A stretch of DNA of 64,000 bases from Octopus vulgaris (GCA_951406725.2 OX597817.1:137206001-137270000), one strand, 5' to 3'; positions 1 to 14,891 are shown, numbered from the stretch's first letter. Made by a program: numbers and translations. The notes: generated from the letters alone by a model not told the origin.

Positions 1-399
1 CCGTTCCATTAAGATATTTCCATAACTTTGTATCTAGGTAAATCTCTACCGTCGAAAGACCGGCTCCATGTTTTAGCTACAGCGAACACATGTGATATTT
101 TCGTATAGGATGAACACCAACCAGGATGACAGTAAGAAAGTCAACAACAACAATAATAGTATTACTAATAATACAGTCATAGACATAGATTAGAATAATA
201 TTTTGGACGTATGTATGCATGCGTGCATCTATGTATGTATTACTGTATGTGTGTGTATGTGTGTGTGCGTGTAAATGTATTTGCATATAATGCTATATAC
301 ATCTATAGATGTAATTCTTGGACGCATGGTCAGTGTTATATCCTGGAGTAGCTAGATATTTCGAGTGTTACAACATATATACATACATACATGCAATAA

Positions 400-527
<128 letters not shown>

Positions 528-602
528 TACATGCATATATAAATGTATTATGCAAATAGAGGAATTTATCTGTAAAATAATATGACAATTATTTGGTTGC
601 CA

Positions 603-665
603 TAATAAAACTCCGAGTTTCGGATGTCGGGGCGGGAATCTGCTCCGGCATCTCGTCAGTTATTA
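603..665 (-). ncRNA. Type I hammerhead ribozyme-like motif (Penelope/retrozyme type)
   Basis: Minus strand reads TAATAA-CTGACGA-GATGCCGGAGCAG attc CCGCCCCGACATC-C-GAAA-CTCgGAG-TT-TTATTA. Stem I is 6 bp, the CUGANGA and GAAA core is intact, stem II is 13 positions with 3 mismatches, stem III is quasi-palindromic and the site is GUU. Confidence 0.7.
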
Positions 666-1530
666 AGACAAAACATACCATTTTTATATATATAAATGTA
701 CAGAAAAACAAAGGACGAAGACAGGTGTATGAACAACTAGCAGGTGATGCACATGCCCAAAACCTACTGTTTACCAATGCTGGTGATGTAGAGTCCATGG
801 CTTATTTGAACTAAATTCTTCTCATGATTTGAGCTTCAGTGATAATCAAGTGAAAACCCCAGCCCGATTATTGGAGTGCTGCGACACTCGAGTGGCAACA
901 GAATGATTCAATTTAGTCTACATACACAATACAGTCAAATATGACCGATCTCACGACATTAAGATGTTAATAAAACTGGTTATAATGCGAACAGACAGAA
1001 ATGGTCACAACTCCGTAACATAACTTTATACAGAAAAATAATCGTCCTTGTAAAGACAAACGATACAGGTGAAAATAGTTGTTGCATTACTGTTTTACAA
1101 TAGTAATACAACAAATGATGACTAGGCTTTTAACATTATACAGCAATATCCACATTGTTATACACACTTGAACACAATAAACACCAGAATACTATATGTC
1201 TATATACTGTATATACCTTAATATTGTACATAGACGAAAACTGTAAAAATATCGGTATTGTAGAATCTGATTTTTTATGCTAAATTTGTAACGATAAATA
1301 TCATATTACAGAAGAAAACGCACGAGAAATGATGGAGAAATTATGCCGATGATGATGAAGATGATGAGAAAGATGAGAAATATGTATATGGTAAAATAGC
1401 CTAGCTCAGTCCTTTCAATGTTAGCAACTTGTATCTGGTAGTTGGCGGCTGGTAATCTTTATTCTGTATATGTTGTTTGCCCTTATGCGCGTAACACACA
1501 GGTACTTATCATGGGTTTCTATGGGTGCGC

Positions 1531-1580
<50 letters not shown>

Positions 1581-1740
1581 GTGCGTATATGTTTGGGTGA
1601 TTTATTAAAATAATAAATCTAACAAAATGACGTTTGTGGCACTTAACATTTCCTAAAACATTCATCTCACTCCCTATAAAATTTGAACTCTTTATTTGAA
1701 GTGACCTTACCCTGTTTCTCTGAACAAATAATCTAGGATC

Positions 1741-1741
1741 G

Positions 1742-1820
<79 letters not shown>
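1741..1820. repeat. (TATC)n microsatellite
   Basis: Read directly; similar tracts lie near 3529, 10108, 16646, 33490 and 36317. Confidence 0.97.
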
Positions 1821-1825
<5 letters not shown>

Positions 1826-1949
1826 ATTTGTTTACCTACCTAGCTAGCTAACTATCCATTTACCTATCCTTAAATCTCTCTCCGCGTAGTTATGTGTGCG
1901 TGTGTGTGAATGTGTAAGTATATATGTGTATATAGATATATGTATATGC

Positions 1950-2063
<114 letters not shown>

Positions 2064-2718
2064 TGTGAAGCCCCAAAAGGTCAGATTTTCATAGACCGTC
2101 ATCTTCATAGCAGGACAAACCGATAATCTAGACTATGTAGCGCCACGTTCATAACCATAAGATTGCTATCTGCTCTTTCAGACAGTGCCGTCTAAGAACA
2201 GGGACTCTGAGCGACGCATTGATGTAAGATGGCAATATAATCCCATATATATACTTCACATAAAAGCTAACTATTGAGTTTTTTTTTGTACATTTGTTTT
2301 GCTATCACTACTGTGCACAAGGTCACACTCGAAACCGCACTAATCTATGTTTGTATGTATATTCATATTCATATATGCGTCTGTATGTATATCGTTTTAT
2401 ATAATTTTATTCCTTTTTCTGCTTTTTAACTAGAAGTAGTCGTAAAACTTAGTCGTTATATTGTTTGTAAATAACAGAACCGGAAGCAAATCGCTACAAA
2501 CAATTCACTCGATGATGAAAATATAATTTTTAAAAAAAACGTGTAAAAATACAATAATAATGATATTGAATGAATGCGGTGATTGAGAGATTTGTTGCTT
2601 ATACAGATTTTATTTTCAATATAATGAATACATTGTTCTGTGAATGTATGATAATGAAACGAATGTGCATGCACACTGGCATACGCATACAGGTATGAAT
2701 ATATATGTATACATAAGT

Positions 2719-3120
2719 AGGCGCAGGAGTGGCCGTGTGGTAAGTAGCTTGCTAACCAACCACATGGTTCCGGGTTCAGTCACACTGCGTGGCATCTTGG
2801 GCAAGTGTATTCTGCTATAGCCTCGGGTCGACCAATGCCTTGTGAGTGTATTTGGTAGACGTAAACTGAAAGAAGCCTGTCGTATATATGTATATATATA
2901 TGTGTATTGTGTGTGTGTGTTTGTGTGTCTGTGTTTGTCACCCTAGCATTGCTTGACAACCGATGCTGGTGCGTTTACGTCCCCGTCACTTAGCGGTTCG
3001 GGAAAAGAGACCGATAGAATAAGTACTGGGCTTACAAAGAATAAGTCCCGGGGTCGATTTGCTCGACTAAAGGCGGTGCTCCAGCATGGCCGCAGTCAAA
3101 TGACTGAAACAAGTAAAAGA
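2719..3120 (+). mobile_element. tRNA-derived SINE, family A (head GGCGCAGGAGTGG), full length
   Basis: Pol III A-box-like TGGCCGTGTGG and B-box-like GGTTCAGTC, internal (TA)/(TG) tract, tail GAAACAAGTAAAAGA. Near-identical copies at 49462 and 61550. Confidence 0.9.
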
Positions 3121-3130
3121 GTATATATAA

Positions 3131-3604
<474 letters not shown>

Positions 3605-3989
3605 GGTCACTGCATAAGGAGCAGACGACCACCATATACCTATATAAATATGTATATATATATATATATATATATATGCATGTATGTGTATATATATGTA
3701 TATGCATGTATATGTATGTATATGCATATATATGTATGTATATGTATATATGTATATGTATATATATGTATATATATATATGTATATATATGTATGTGCA
3801 TATATTTATGCATGTATCTATCTATATATATACATATATATACATATACACACATACATACATATCTATTTGTCTATCTATTTATGATAGGTATTTATTT
3901 GTTAGACGTGCAAGTCCATTGCTGAAAAAAGCGTCAGCAATAATCGTGCAATTATTTTTAGTCGAAAGCAGCTTGCACAACACCGCAGC

Positions 3990-4039
<50 letters not shown>

Positions 4040-4249
4040 CCATCAGTTAAAATCTTGTTGATGATGATCTCTTCATTAATCACTGATGTATTTGCTTGGC
4101 CTGATGAGTTGAAATTTGCGTAACGTAATAAATATCTTTATGAATGTTGTGCACAAAAATTATCTGACCGGGTTTCTATCACAATAAATCTCTTAATGAT
4201 GCAATTGTAGCAGTGCCAGATAATCCATTGCTTATATGCGCGCGCGCGT

Positions 4250-4357
4250 GTTTGTGTGTGTGTGTGTTTGTCCCCTCCCCGCTATCGCTTGACAACCGAT
4301 GTTGGTGTGTTTACGTCCCTGTAACTTACCGGTCCGGCAAAAGACACCGATAGAATA
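4250..4357 (+). mobile_element. SINE family A, internal fragment
   Basis: GCTTGACAACCGATGTTGGTGTGTTTACGTCCC...GACACCGATAGAATA matches 2951-3020. Confidence 0.8.
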
Positions 4358-5279
4358 TAGTTCTATAAGTATTTTACCCTTCTGATATGTATGTTAATTC
4401 AATTTCTGATATTGACGTTCTGAGTTCAAATCCACCATACACAGTTAACTTCGCTATTTTTTCTTTTGGAGCTCCAGTAAAGTACCGACATTCACCCCAC
4501 TCCATAAGAAAAGGAAATTTCAGGCATCATTGTACCTGTACTTGAAATTGTTATAATTATCAATATTATTATTATCATTGTTGTTGTTATAGATTTTAGA
4601 CATTTGGTTCGTTCCCTCTTTCCTCCTATCGTTGGTGTTGTCGATACAACCTTTAAATCTTCCAGTTGCTGACTAAACTCAGGAATATCACCCGATGACA
4701 GTGGAATATTTCACAAATCGGAAATACTGTGTTAGCAGCCTTTCCATAACCATGAAGTAGTCCAGAAGACTAATAATTCAGAATGCACCGTTTATCTGTC
4801 AGCTGAGTTGAAATAATAAAAGGAACACGTTTTCCATTAAACTGTTTCTCTTCTATTATTTCTCTTCACGTCAACACAATTTTCTTAGCGTCTCTTTTAT
4901 AAATTTAAACGTTTCAGACCTTCGTACGAAATCCTTACTTTGTTATTAAAGGAACATTGTATTTCTAATTTTTGTCGTAATATATAAAGCAAAGAGTCTA
5001 TCTTTCATCATCTTTTTCATTCAATTACCGTTTTTCTTTTTGTTTCTATCGAATAATCCCTAGCATTGTTGGAATATAGATTCACAAATGGCTTCTTTCT
5101 TCTGCTATTTTCTTTCCATTTTGGAATAATACCAATTGGAATATTTTATGCTCAGGAGTATTGAAATTTTTACTAGTAAACGTGAAAACTGGTTTTCATG
5201 TTTACTAGTAAAAATTTACCTCTTCAGTAACTAAGTATTTACGTATAAAGTTTACAGAAGCTAAACACGAAATTAATAC

Positions 5280-5354
<75 letters not shown>

Positions 5355-5539
5355 CAAGCGTATGTTGAACCCGTTGTGCTCTGGCGGCAGGTGTTGTAAG
5401 GGGGATAATTCTAGATAAATAAAATCATGGCAGGGTGAGAAATTCAAATTTTAAATCTAAAAGAGTAAACATATTTTGCTGCTCGCACTCGATTCAATAT
5501 CTGCAAGTATATCGATGTATAACACACACACACGCACAT

Positions 5540-5609
<70 letters not shown>

Positions 5610-5631
5610 GTATGTATATAAGTCATAAATA

Positions 5632-6438
5632 ACAGTGAAATATTTGAAGAAATTTTAACAGTAAATTTTAATATCACAACAAATTGTTTCGTAACTTAAA
5701 AACATGTAAATAACTTTTTTATTATTATATTTAATAATAATTATAAATAAATTACCTGTATACCTGCATTAATGCAAAATGTAAAATACAAAATGTTCTT
5801 TCAAAATAATGGAGAATTTCAGGTACGTCCTCAAATGAAGAATGTGTTTGTTAAGGAGTAGATTCTCGACGTAACATTATAGGAGTGCAAAGTCAAAGTT
5901 TTAAAATATTATGGAAGACAACTATAATAAAATTAATATAAGAGGATTTTCTAATAAATAGAAGGAAATTTTAATAATAGTAACAAAAAAAGTAACAAGT
6001 AGATATTATTAGTACGATAAAAGAAACGAGATATATTTATTACTAAAAATCTAGAAAAAAAAACAATACCGTAAACATCGAGAAAAAATATAATAATGCT
6101 CATGATAACAAACTAAAAGTAAATAAATAAACTCAGAGACAATATTTATGAAATATAGGGATTGATATCAATAAGAAAATATGAACGATATTAAATTGAA
6201 AAATTTAGAAATTTGAAGGTATAAGCAAAAGTTTTTTTAAATCTTAGAAAGTATGGAAGATAGTCTCCCATTATTTTGGAGGATTTTTTGCTTTTTACAT
6301 TAATGCAAGCACGTAAGTAATTTATTTATTATCAAATGTAATAATATAAATAAATTACATGTTTTTAAATTGCGAAAGAATTTGGCGTGACATTAGCATT
6401 TTTCTTATTGTTAAATGAAATTCCATCAAATTATTTCA
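5632..6438. repeat. Degenerate long inverted-repeat (fold-back) element
   Basis: About 5635-5820 is the imperfect reverse complement of about 6262-6438 (e.g. ATAAATAAATTAC / GTAATTTATTTAT, CAAAATAATGG / CCATTATTTTG). Confidence 0.65.
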
Positions 6439-6550
6439 ATGTCGTATATGACTCTTTCCCCACCTTATCGTTTTCTCTACGTTTTATACGTTTTGTAGCT
6501 CTTTTAAATGAGTAATACAGGATTACTTGAAACCATATATTGTGACTTAA

Positions 6551-6590
<40 letters not shown>

Positions 6591-6846
6591 AGAGAGAGAG
6601 AGACAGAGAGAGGCAGAGAAAGATAGATATATAGATAGATGACATCTTTATCCACTCGCCTATTACTCTTTTCTTCTCTCCTCCTTCTCCACAAGGCACC
6701 ACAGCTTTTCTCTTTCTTTGCCCGAGTCGCTTTCTGCCATTCGCTTCGTATCTTGCCGATTGAAGTGGTCAGATGTTTCCCCCTTAGCCCACAATTTGTT
6801 ATTTTTCATCTGAAGCAGATGAAATGTATGTATGTATATGCGTATG

Positions 6847-6986
<140 letters not shown>

Positions 6987-7167
6987 GTATTGGTATCCAG
7001 AAGACCCATGATGGCAGGTAGGGCTATGTAAGTGCTATGGGAGGACCGTAGTTAGACTCTCAGTTCGAGAATAATACGGGTGAGGAGTTTAATGCGGGTC
7101 TTGTATGAGCATGTATATGTAAAATAAAATGTGTGGAATTTATAGGACATTTATAAAGTTAAGGGTA

Positions 7168-7215
7168 GTCTTACAGCTGGTTCTGGGATATTAGAGATAT
7201 TCCTTCATCAGAGAC
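7168..7215 (-). ncRNA. Hammerhead-like motif, mutated inverted partner of 7569-7616
   Basis: Minus strand GTCT-CTGATGA-AGGAATATCTCTAATATCCCA-GAAC-CAGCTG-TA-AGAC. Stem I is perfect but GAAA has become GAAC. Confidence 0.55.
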
Positions 7216-7568
7216 GATATGAGAGAGTTTAGAGGAAAATAGTTGAGTTCAATATAAGGAGTTATTTTGCAAAAGGATAGATATAGGAAATATAAAGGGA
7301 AACAAGAGAATAAAAATAAAGTAAAGATATATCTAGTATGTTACTGTTGCAGTTCCATTATCCAAGGCAAGTGCCGTGTAGAATGGATAGAAAGGTTTTT
7401 TGTGCGTGGTATGTAGATTCTGATAGTTCTTATTTTATTATTACAAGTGGATAGTGTGGAGGCATAAATTCCATATGCTGTTCATTCAAAGGGGTCTATT
7501 CCAAAATAACTATTTACATTGAACCCTACTATTTACCTCCAGTTAACTCTCTCTCTCTCACACACACC

Positions 7569-7616
7569 GTCTCTGATGAAGGGATAATCCTAATATCCCA
7601 GAAACAGCTGTAAGGC
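7569..7616 (+). ncRNA. Minimal type I hammerhead ribozyme-like motif
   Basis: GTCT-CTGATGA-A-GGGATA atcctaa TATCCC-A-GAAA-CAGCTG-TA-AGGC. Intact core, 6-bp stem II, palindromic stem III, GUA site, 4-bp stem I with one G-U. An A/A pair sits at the base of stem II. Confidence 0.72.
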
Positions 7617-7724
7617 TATCTTTCTCTTTATAAATGTCCTATAAATTCTACACAGCTTGGCTTTGTTGTCTCATACTATTTAACATATACATTTATATCT
7701 ATCTATCTATATCTATATATATAA

Positions 7725-7776
<52 letters not shown>

Positions 7777-8738
7777 GTCTATCTATCTGTCTGTCTCTGT
7801 CTCTGTCGTGTCTGTCTGTCTGTCTGCCTGTCTGTCTGCCTGTCTCTCCCTCCCTCCCCCCTCTCTCTCTTTATATATATATATATATACATATATATAC
7901 ACCCACGTATGCACGTGTGAATGTATATTCATATAAATATGATATTAATTATGCCCTTAAGTCGGGTCTTGGTTATTAGAGTAAGCAAATGCCATGTTTA
8001 TTGTGTATTTATTGTACAGAAACAGGGCTATGAAGGTTGAAACCGTCGTTATTGTCTATTAATTAAGGAGAGAACTGCATCTGTATCGTGTACCCCAAAT
8101 AGCGTCTCATTAGCAGTTAATGATCCAATTGTTTCCAGTTTACTTATTACGTTTCAGTTTGCCCTAGAAGCAGAAGGAAGCCCTTAATTCTAAAATATAT
8201 TCACATTCCTTCTTAATAAAGAAGGGGCTTAAACACCACCTGATTCGATCCCATTGCTACGCAAACCTAGAGCCGCCAAAAAAAAGCATGTTTCTCTTTA
8301 TTACAATTAGCAGCTTTTTCCATGTTGCTGTTGCTGCTGCTGTTGTCGGATCTTGTGATGATTGTTGTTATGTTTTTTCTCAGCCTTATCAATACGTTGT
8401 CGTTGTTATCCTTCTCACAGATGCTATTGCTATTGCCGTCGTTGTTATTGTCGCTGATATTGGTTTTCGTTCTTCTGGTTGTTGTTGCAGCATTCCATTA
8501 TCGTTGTTGTTGTTGTTGTTGTTGTTGTTCTGTTAAATGACATTTCAGCAAGTCTTCACTAATTGAAACAGCTGAGCAAAGATGAAAAAAAAAAAAAAAA
8601 ATACACAACCCACCCCCGAACCCTGCTTAATGAGGCATGAATCAATAATTTCTATTAAATATCGATCGCAAAGGTATTTATTTGTCATCGCTAAACAATA
8701 CATAAAACAAAAGTAATAAATATATGTGTATATACATA

Positions 8739-8802
<64 letters not shown>

Positions 8803-8835
8803 TATACCTATATATACATATACATACATATACCC

Positions 8836-8877
<42 letters not shown>

Positions 8878-8981
8878 GCATATACCTATATATATATATA
8901 TGTATATATATTTGTGTGTGTGTACATATACCTATATATATACATACATATACCTATATATATATATATATATATATATAT

Positions 8982-9022
<41 letters not shown>

Positions 9023-9493
9023 TATACCTATATGTATATATATATATATATACATATACCTATATGCATATATATATATATACATTCATATACCTATATA
9101 TATATATGTGTGTGTGTGTGTGTATGTATGTACACATGCATAAAACAAATGTGTTATGCTACTATCTGTTAAAGATTTCTTGCAACTCGTCTCTGTGTAT
9201 GAAAGCAACCGCTATGCCGCTCCCATAGCAACATTTGTTGTTGTTGTAGTTGTTGTTATTTTTGCTGTTGTTGTTGTTGTTGCTGTTGTCGTTAAAACCA
9301 AAGAATAAATCAGAATTAAAAGGTGGCAGCGAAGGAAAGAAGAAGCAACAATTAAATGTTTTGTTTATTGCAGCGAACCGATTCCTTCATATCTTACGTT
9401 GTTCCTGTGCCGCGGGGAGCGTACTCAATTATATACACTCACAAACATGTATACGCACACACACACACACACACGCACACATGTATATATGTT

Positions 9494-9530
<37 letters not shown>

Positions 9531-9556
9531 TTGCATATACATGCAGACATACATAC

Positions 9557-9631
<75 letters not shown>

Positions 9632-9716
9632 ATATATAGACAGACAGATATAGATATATATATATACACACACACATATGTATGTATACGTATGTATATA
9701 TACGTATACATGTATA

Positions 9717-9763
<47 letters not shown>

Positions 9764-10108
9764 CTGTGCAGACACATATACACATATGCCGCGCATGCTC
9801 ACAAACATGCACGCATGTACGCGGACATGTTTGTGTGCGTATGTCTACCGATGTCATGCTGATGCTCATTGCCAGCTGTTTTCTGAGGAATTACGAGTGA
9901 GACTGTCCTCAATGGATTTTATTTTTCACATTGTTCTGCATTACGAAGATTTCAAAAGAAGATTATTCGACAACAAATGCATAAAAGACGTTTTCTACTT
10001 CCTCCTTCTCACTTCTTCCCACTTCCTGTCTCTGTTTTTCTCTGCCTCACTCTCTCTCTTGCTCTCCCTCTCTCTCCCTCTCTATTTATTTGTATGTGTG
10101 TCTACCTG

Positions 10109-10187
<79 letters not shown>

Positions 10188-10378
10188 GTCTGTCTATCTA
10201 TCTGCCAGTCTGTCTGTCTGTCTGTCTGCCTCGCACTCTCGTTCTGTGAGTATTTAAGGTATCTCCCCACCTATTTCCCATCCGCCTACGCAACCAATTC
10301 CAGAAGATTTACAATAGACACCCAAAACAAAAATCAGATGCAAATCTGTGAACTCATTGTTCTTCTAAACTTGCTGGC

Positions 10379-10414
<36 letters not shown>

Positions 10415-11799
10415 GTATAGTAAATTGCCGTAAATTATTATTGCACATATCTACAAATGTATTAGGCAACATTATGTGCTACAACGAAGAAAAACAAGAC
10501 GTCTGCACAGTATGTTTGTGGGCAGACATATTGTACAGACACACAATGTCGTAATATACAATGACGACAGACAAATCTATCAATGTGTTTCATATTATGT
10601 TATAGCAACCAAACGAAATACTGCTAACACACCAGCCATTTATAATTTTAGTGTATGTGTACTTACTACTTACTGGGGACTGAAGATAGTAGCCTCAATA
10701 TGGCTGTTCTGTTTGCTTGAAATAATACCAAATCTCCATCAAACCTTGCCGTCTTAAACATATAATGCATTACATAATGTAGTCTTAGATAGACTTAAAA
10801 ATAAACGGATTGGTCACGGCTGGAACGTTTTTATTGGGACTTGTGTACATGCAGAGTCAACCTAGGGTTAAACAATAGCAACAACAAAACTTGTGAAATG
10901 CTCCACCGATTATGGCATGGTATAGTTATTGCTGTCGTTTTTACTGGTGGATACCTACTTCTCCAGTCGTGGCAGGTAAATTTCAGAACAAAGGAAACAA
11001 ATTTAAATCAAGGTAATTCTAGAAATATTGTCTTGAACGTCAATTTAAATGTCAGTCACCATTTCGACGATCACTTCTATTCGCACTTTTTCGATACTTA
11101 TCGCAATACTCAGGGTACTACAAAAGCTGTACGTCCATCCTAAAGCCACTTCTCTGAGTTCGGAGATTATTCCAACACAACGGTTTCCCATCTCCTTGAA
11201 TAAACAATTATTCTCCAACCGGGTTTTTCCACTTCCATATAGATTAAACTATAGATCAAATTTCATCTAACTCCTCTTCGCTTCACTAAATGTACAAAAG
11301 TATACACTCACTCTATTCGGACATCACCGCTCACGTATGTACATACGCACACAGTCTCATTATCACAAACACACACACACACACCAAGTTTGCTGCTATT
11401 TCCCAGGCTCCAAGTTCCAACCTATTTATTTTCCACTCTCCTGTAACGAGAGATCACATACCTTCACTTTCATTACTCATTTCCTTCCACCATCACCGCT
11501 GTAACTTTCTTTTCCTCGAAAATATTTCAAGTCCCATATCATCTTTTGATTTCTTGCCACCACCACCACCACCACTGCGGTCGCCGTCGCAACAACATCC
11601 TAGAGTTTTCCAACTTATAATCTCATTCTCTGTCTTGGTCTAAGCAGCAGCTTGGTACCGAGTAGAAAACAGAAAAACGGATGGTAAGACGGTTACAATC
11701 TCCACAATATGCCAAAAAGATGTCATCTTAAAGTTGCTTTTCATTTGAAACAGAAAAACCTCAGAAATGTATAACAGCAACAATATATGGCTTAATACG

Positions 11800-12315
11800 T
11801 AACGCGCAGGTTTTCTCAAATGATATCAAGATGGCGCTTGGGCTTTCAAAATGTGCTTTGATGGTGATGAGACAAGAAAGGTTTGTCAGGGCAGAAGGTA
11901 TAGGTATGCAAGTGGTGAAATGATGAAACCAATTGAACATGTATCCAGATGTAAATACCTGGAAATACTTAAGGAAGATGAAATTAAGCATAATGATGTG
12001 AAAGAAATGATAAAGAAAGGGTATCTGCGGCGAATGAGAAAGATATTGGGTTCAAAGTTGAATTCCAGAAAGATAATTTCAGCAATAAACTGTTGCGCAG
12101 TTTTAGTGAATCGATGCGGGCCTGGAATTCTGAAGTGGACAGCTGATGAGATAAGAAAGTTCCTAACAATGCATGGAACCCGTCATCCATGTGCAGACAC
12201 TTATCACTTATACACGAAGAGGGGAAATATAGCATGCATATTGAACTTGGGATATTGCTGAGATGTCTGGCCCAAAGTGAGGAAACCTTTTTAGGGGCAG
12301 TTAGAGATGAGGAGA
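11800..12315 (+). pseudogene. Degenerate R4/Dong-clade retrotransposon RT C-terminal fragment
   Basis: ORF 11851-12261 (KYLEI..KEMIKKGYLRRMRKILGSKLNSRKIISAIN..RKFLTMHGTRHP) parallels the end of ORF 39257-40405. Confidence 0.8.
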
Positions 12316-12319
12316 TATT

Positions 12320-12718
12320 CTTTTCTACTCAAGGCATAAGGCCCGAAATTTTGGGGGAAGGGGGGGCAGTCGATTAGATCGACCCCAGTACGCAACTGGT
12401 ACTTAATTTATCGACCTCGAAAGGAAGAAAGGCAAAGTTGACCTTAGTGCAATTTGAACTCAGAACATAAGGACGGACGAAATACCTATTTCTTTACTAC
12501 CCACAAGGCGCTAAACACAGAGAGGACAAATAAGGACAGACAAACGGATTAAGTCGATTATATCGACTCCAGTGTGTAACTGGTACTTATTTAATCGACC
12601 TCGAAAGGAAGAAAGGTAAAGTCGACCTCGGTGGAATTTGAACTCAGAACGTAGCGGCAGACGAAATACCGCTAAGCATTTCGCCCGGCGTGCTAACGTT
12701 TTAAATAGCTCGCCGCCT
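12320..12718 (-). mobile_element. tRNA-derived SINE, family B (Meta-domain-like), composite dimer
   Basis: Head GGCGGCGAGCT and two copies of the GAGTTCAAAT...CCTTTC.GGGTCGAT.AA.TAAGTACCAG core, with two different tails. Confidence 0.88.
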
Positions 12719-13482
12719 TCAAGATGGGAGAATATTGAAAACAGGAAAAAAAGAAACGAACAAAACAAGAAGTACACGAGAGACATCAAGAAGCATTGAA
12801 GAACAAAAGACGAGCAAACCAATTCCATGTAGCCACAACTGAAGTTGCTGAAGATTCACTCTTCAAGTATAAAGAGCTTGAAAAAAATCAACGACGACTG
12901 GATCTGACGTTCTAACCATTCTGCCACTCAAGGAAGAAGCAAGGCAATTTAGAGAAAGGGTTTGATATTACAGAAATTCTACCAAAAATAAAAATAAAAT
13001 CAGGTAACAACTTCCGCCAAATGAATGAATGAGAATGCAAAGCACTGCAGCCAACCTGAAGAATAAAACCAAACATAAGGGTGGTTGGTGCTAAAGTATT
13101 ACTATACTTTATAGTAAAGTATTACTATAAACTATGCTGATGAGAACCAATAGTTAGGCAGCAATAGATACCTGAATAATATTTTTCTCAAAGACATAGC
13201 CTTGAGCACATTGACCAACACATAGGGTAACAAACACACCGAGTGTATATACACTCGGCATATACACCGATATGTACTCATATACAGATGTATATAGTCC
13301 AAGTAGTCAACAATTCTCGTTGACACATACACCTACATATAAGTCAGCACATACATCTATATATAAACCAATGTATACATTAACACAGCCACTAATATAT
13401 ACTTCAATATATATGTTGATCAAAATGTTAAAAAAAAAGAAAGCTTTTTGTTTTCGAAGTACTCAATGTTTCAAATATCAGA

Positions 13483-13695
13483 GTTTTGAATTTCGGCACA
13501 AGGCCAGCAACTATGAAGAGAAACGGTAGTCGATTATAACGAACTCAGTGTATAACTGGTACTTACTTTATCGACCTCGGAAGAATGAAAGGCAAAGACG
13601 ACTTCCGTGGTATTTCAACTCAAAACGTAAAGGCGAACGAAATGTCGCTAAGCATCTTACCCGGCGTGCTAACGCTTCTGCCAGCTCACCACCTT
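13483..13695 (-). mobile_element. SINE family B monomer
   Basis: Same head and core; tail GGCCTTGTGCCGAAATTC. Confidence 0.85.
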
Positions 13696-13696
13696 C

Positions 13697-13839
<143 letters not shown>

Positions 13840-14019
13840 TTCTCTATTGGCCACCAGGGCCCAAAACATGGAGGAAAATATTGAAGGACGAGTTACAGCG
13901 CACAAAACGCACAACAAAACAGAAATTACAGAAACACGTGGAGTTAACACCGATCAACAGAAGATCCTACCACATGAAAGGATATAACAGAGGACATTTA
14001 AGAGGAAGTAGAGAAATAA

Positions 14020-14515
14020 ATAATAAATAAATAAATAGAATCCCCCAATTGTGGGCAGTCCACTTTAGTTAATCCGGGGTGAACCCTACACAAAAATCCC
14101 AGATTACTCTGCCATCTCCAAGGCATAGGAAACTGCCCTCTTCCAATTCTTAGAAAAGCATATTCAGACTCTATCCATTCAGTCTCACCAGTCTTGCCAC
14201 TGTCGACCACCTTTTGATAAACACACTAGAAGACAGCACCTCCCTCTCTCTACCCTCACCTTCCTCTTCAAATGATATTTGAAGAAATTGATGTGGGCTT
14301 GACATGGTAGGAATGTGCCTGTCTTCAAACCTCTCACACAGGTCCACCACACAGCCTCTTTTGCCACTGAGCAGAGAAAGACCTGCCTTCCTTCTCTGCT
14401 AAGGGAAGGTGGTGCGCTGATCTTCCCTATACACTCAAAAGACAGCTGAATTCGTCTTATAAGCGACAACAGCTGCTCCACACAATCTCACAACTCTTTA
14501 ATGTGCGGACACTGT
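14020..14515 (-). pseudogene. Probable Tx1/L1-clade LINE 3' fragment
   Basis: Minus frame QCPHIKEL*DCVEQLL..VAKEAVWW..FFKYHLKRKVRVER resembles the post-zinc-knuckle C-terminus of Tx1/L1 ORF2. Confidence 0.5.
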
Positions 14516-14891
14516 GGTTTCAAATTTTGGCACAAGGCCAGCAATTTCTGGGTTGGGGTAAGTCGATTACATTGATTCCAGAGCTCAACTGGTACTTTAC
14601 ATTATCGACTCCAAAAGGATGAAAGGCGAAGTCGACCTCAGCAGCATTTAAATTCATAACATAAAATAATAATAATATTAATAATGGTATTAATAATAAT
14701 ATTAATAATAATGAAGATGGCGGCGATGATTACATCGCCCCCAGTACTTGACTGGTACTTAATATATCGACCCCGAAAGGATAAAAAGTAAAGTCGACCT
14801 CGACGGAATTTGAACTCAGAACGTTCTGGCAGACGAAATGCTACTAAGCATTTCGCCCGACGTGCTAACCATTCTGCCAGCTCACCGCCTT
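14516..14891 (-). mobile_element. Two adjacent SINE family B copies (14516-14660 and 14728-14891)
   Basis: Each contains ACTGGTACTT..TATCGAC.CC.AAAGGAT.AAA.G..AAGTCGACCTC. Confidence 0.85.

Larger units (their letters stand above)
7110..7692. mobile_element. Fold-back element with inverted Penelope-like pseudo-LTRs, embedded in (TA)n
   Basis: Arms at about 7110-7269 and 7502-7692 are reverse complements, and each carries a hammerhead-like motif. Confidence 0.75.

Noticed and set aside
4100-4135. CTGATGA-GTT...AAC-GTAA as a hammerhead
   Set aside because: No GAAA after the stem and no stem I or III. At most a decayed relic.
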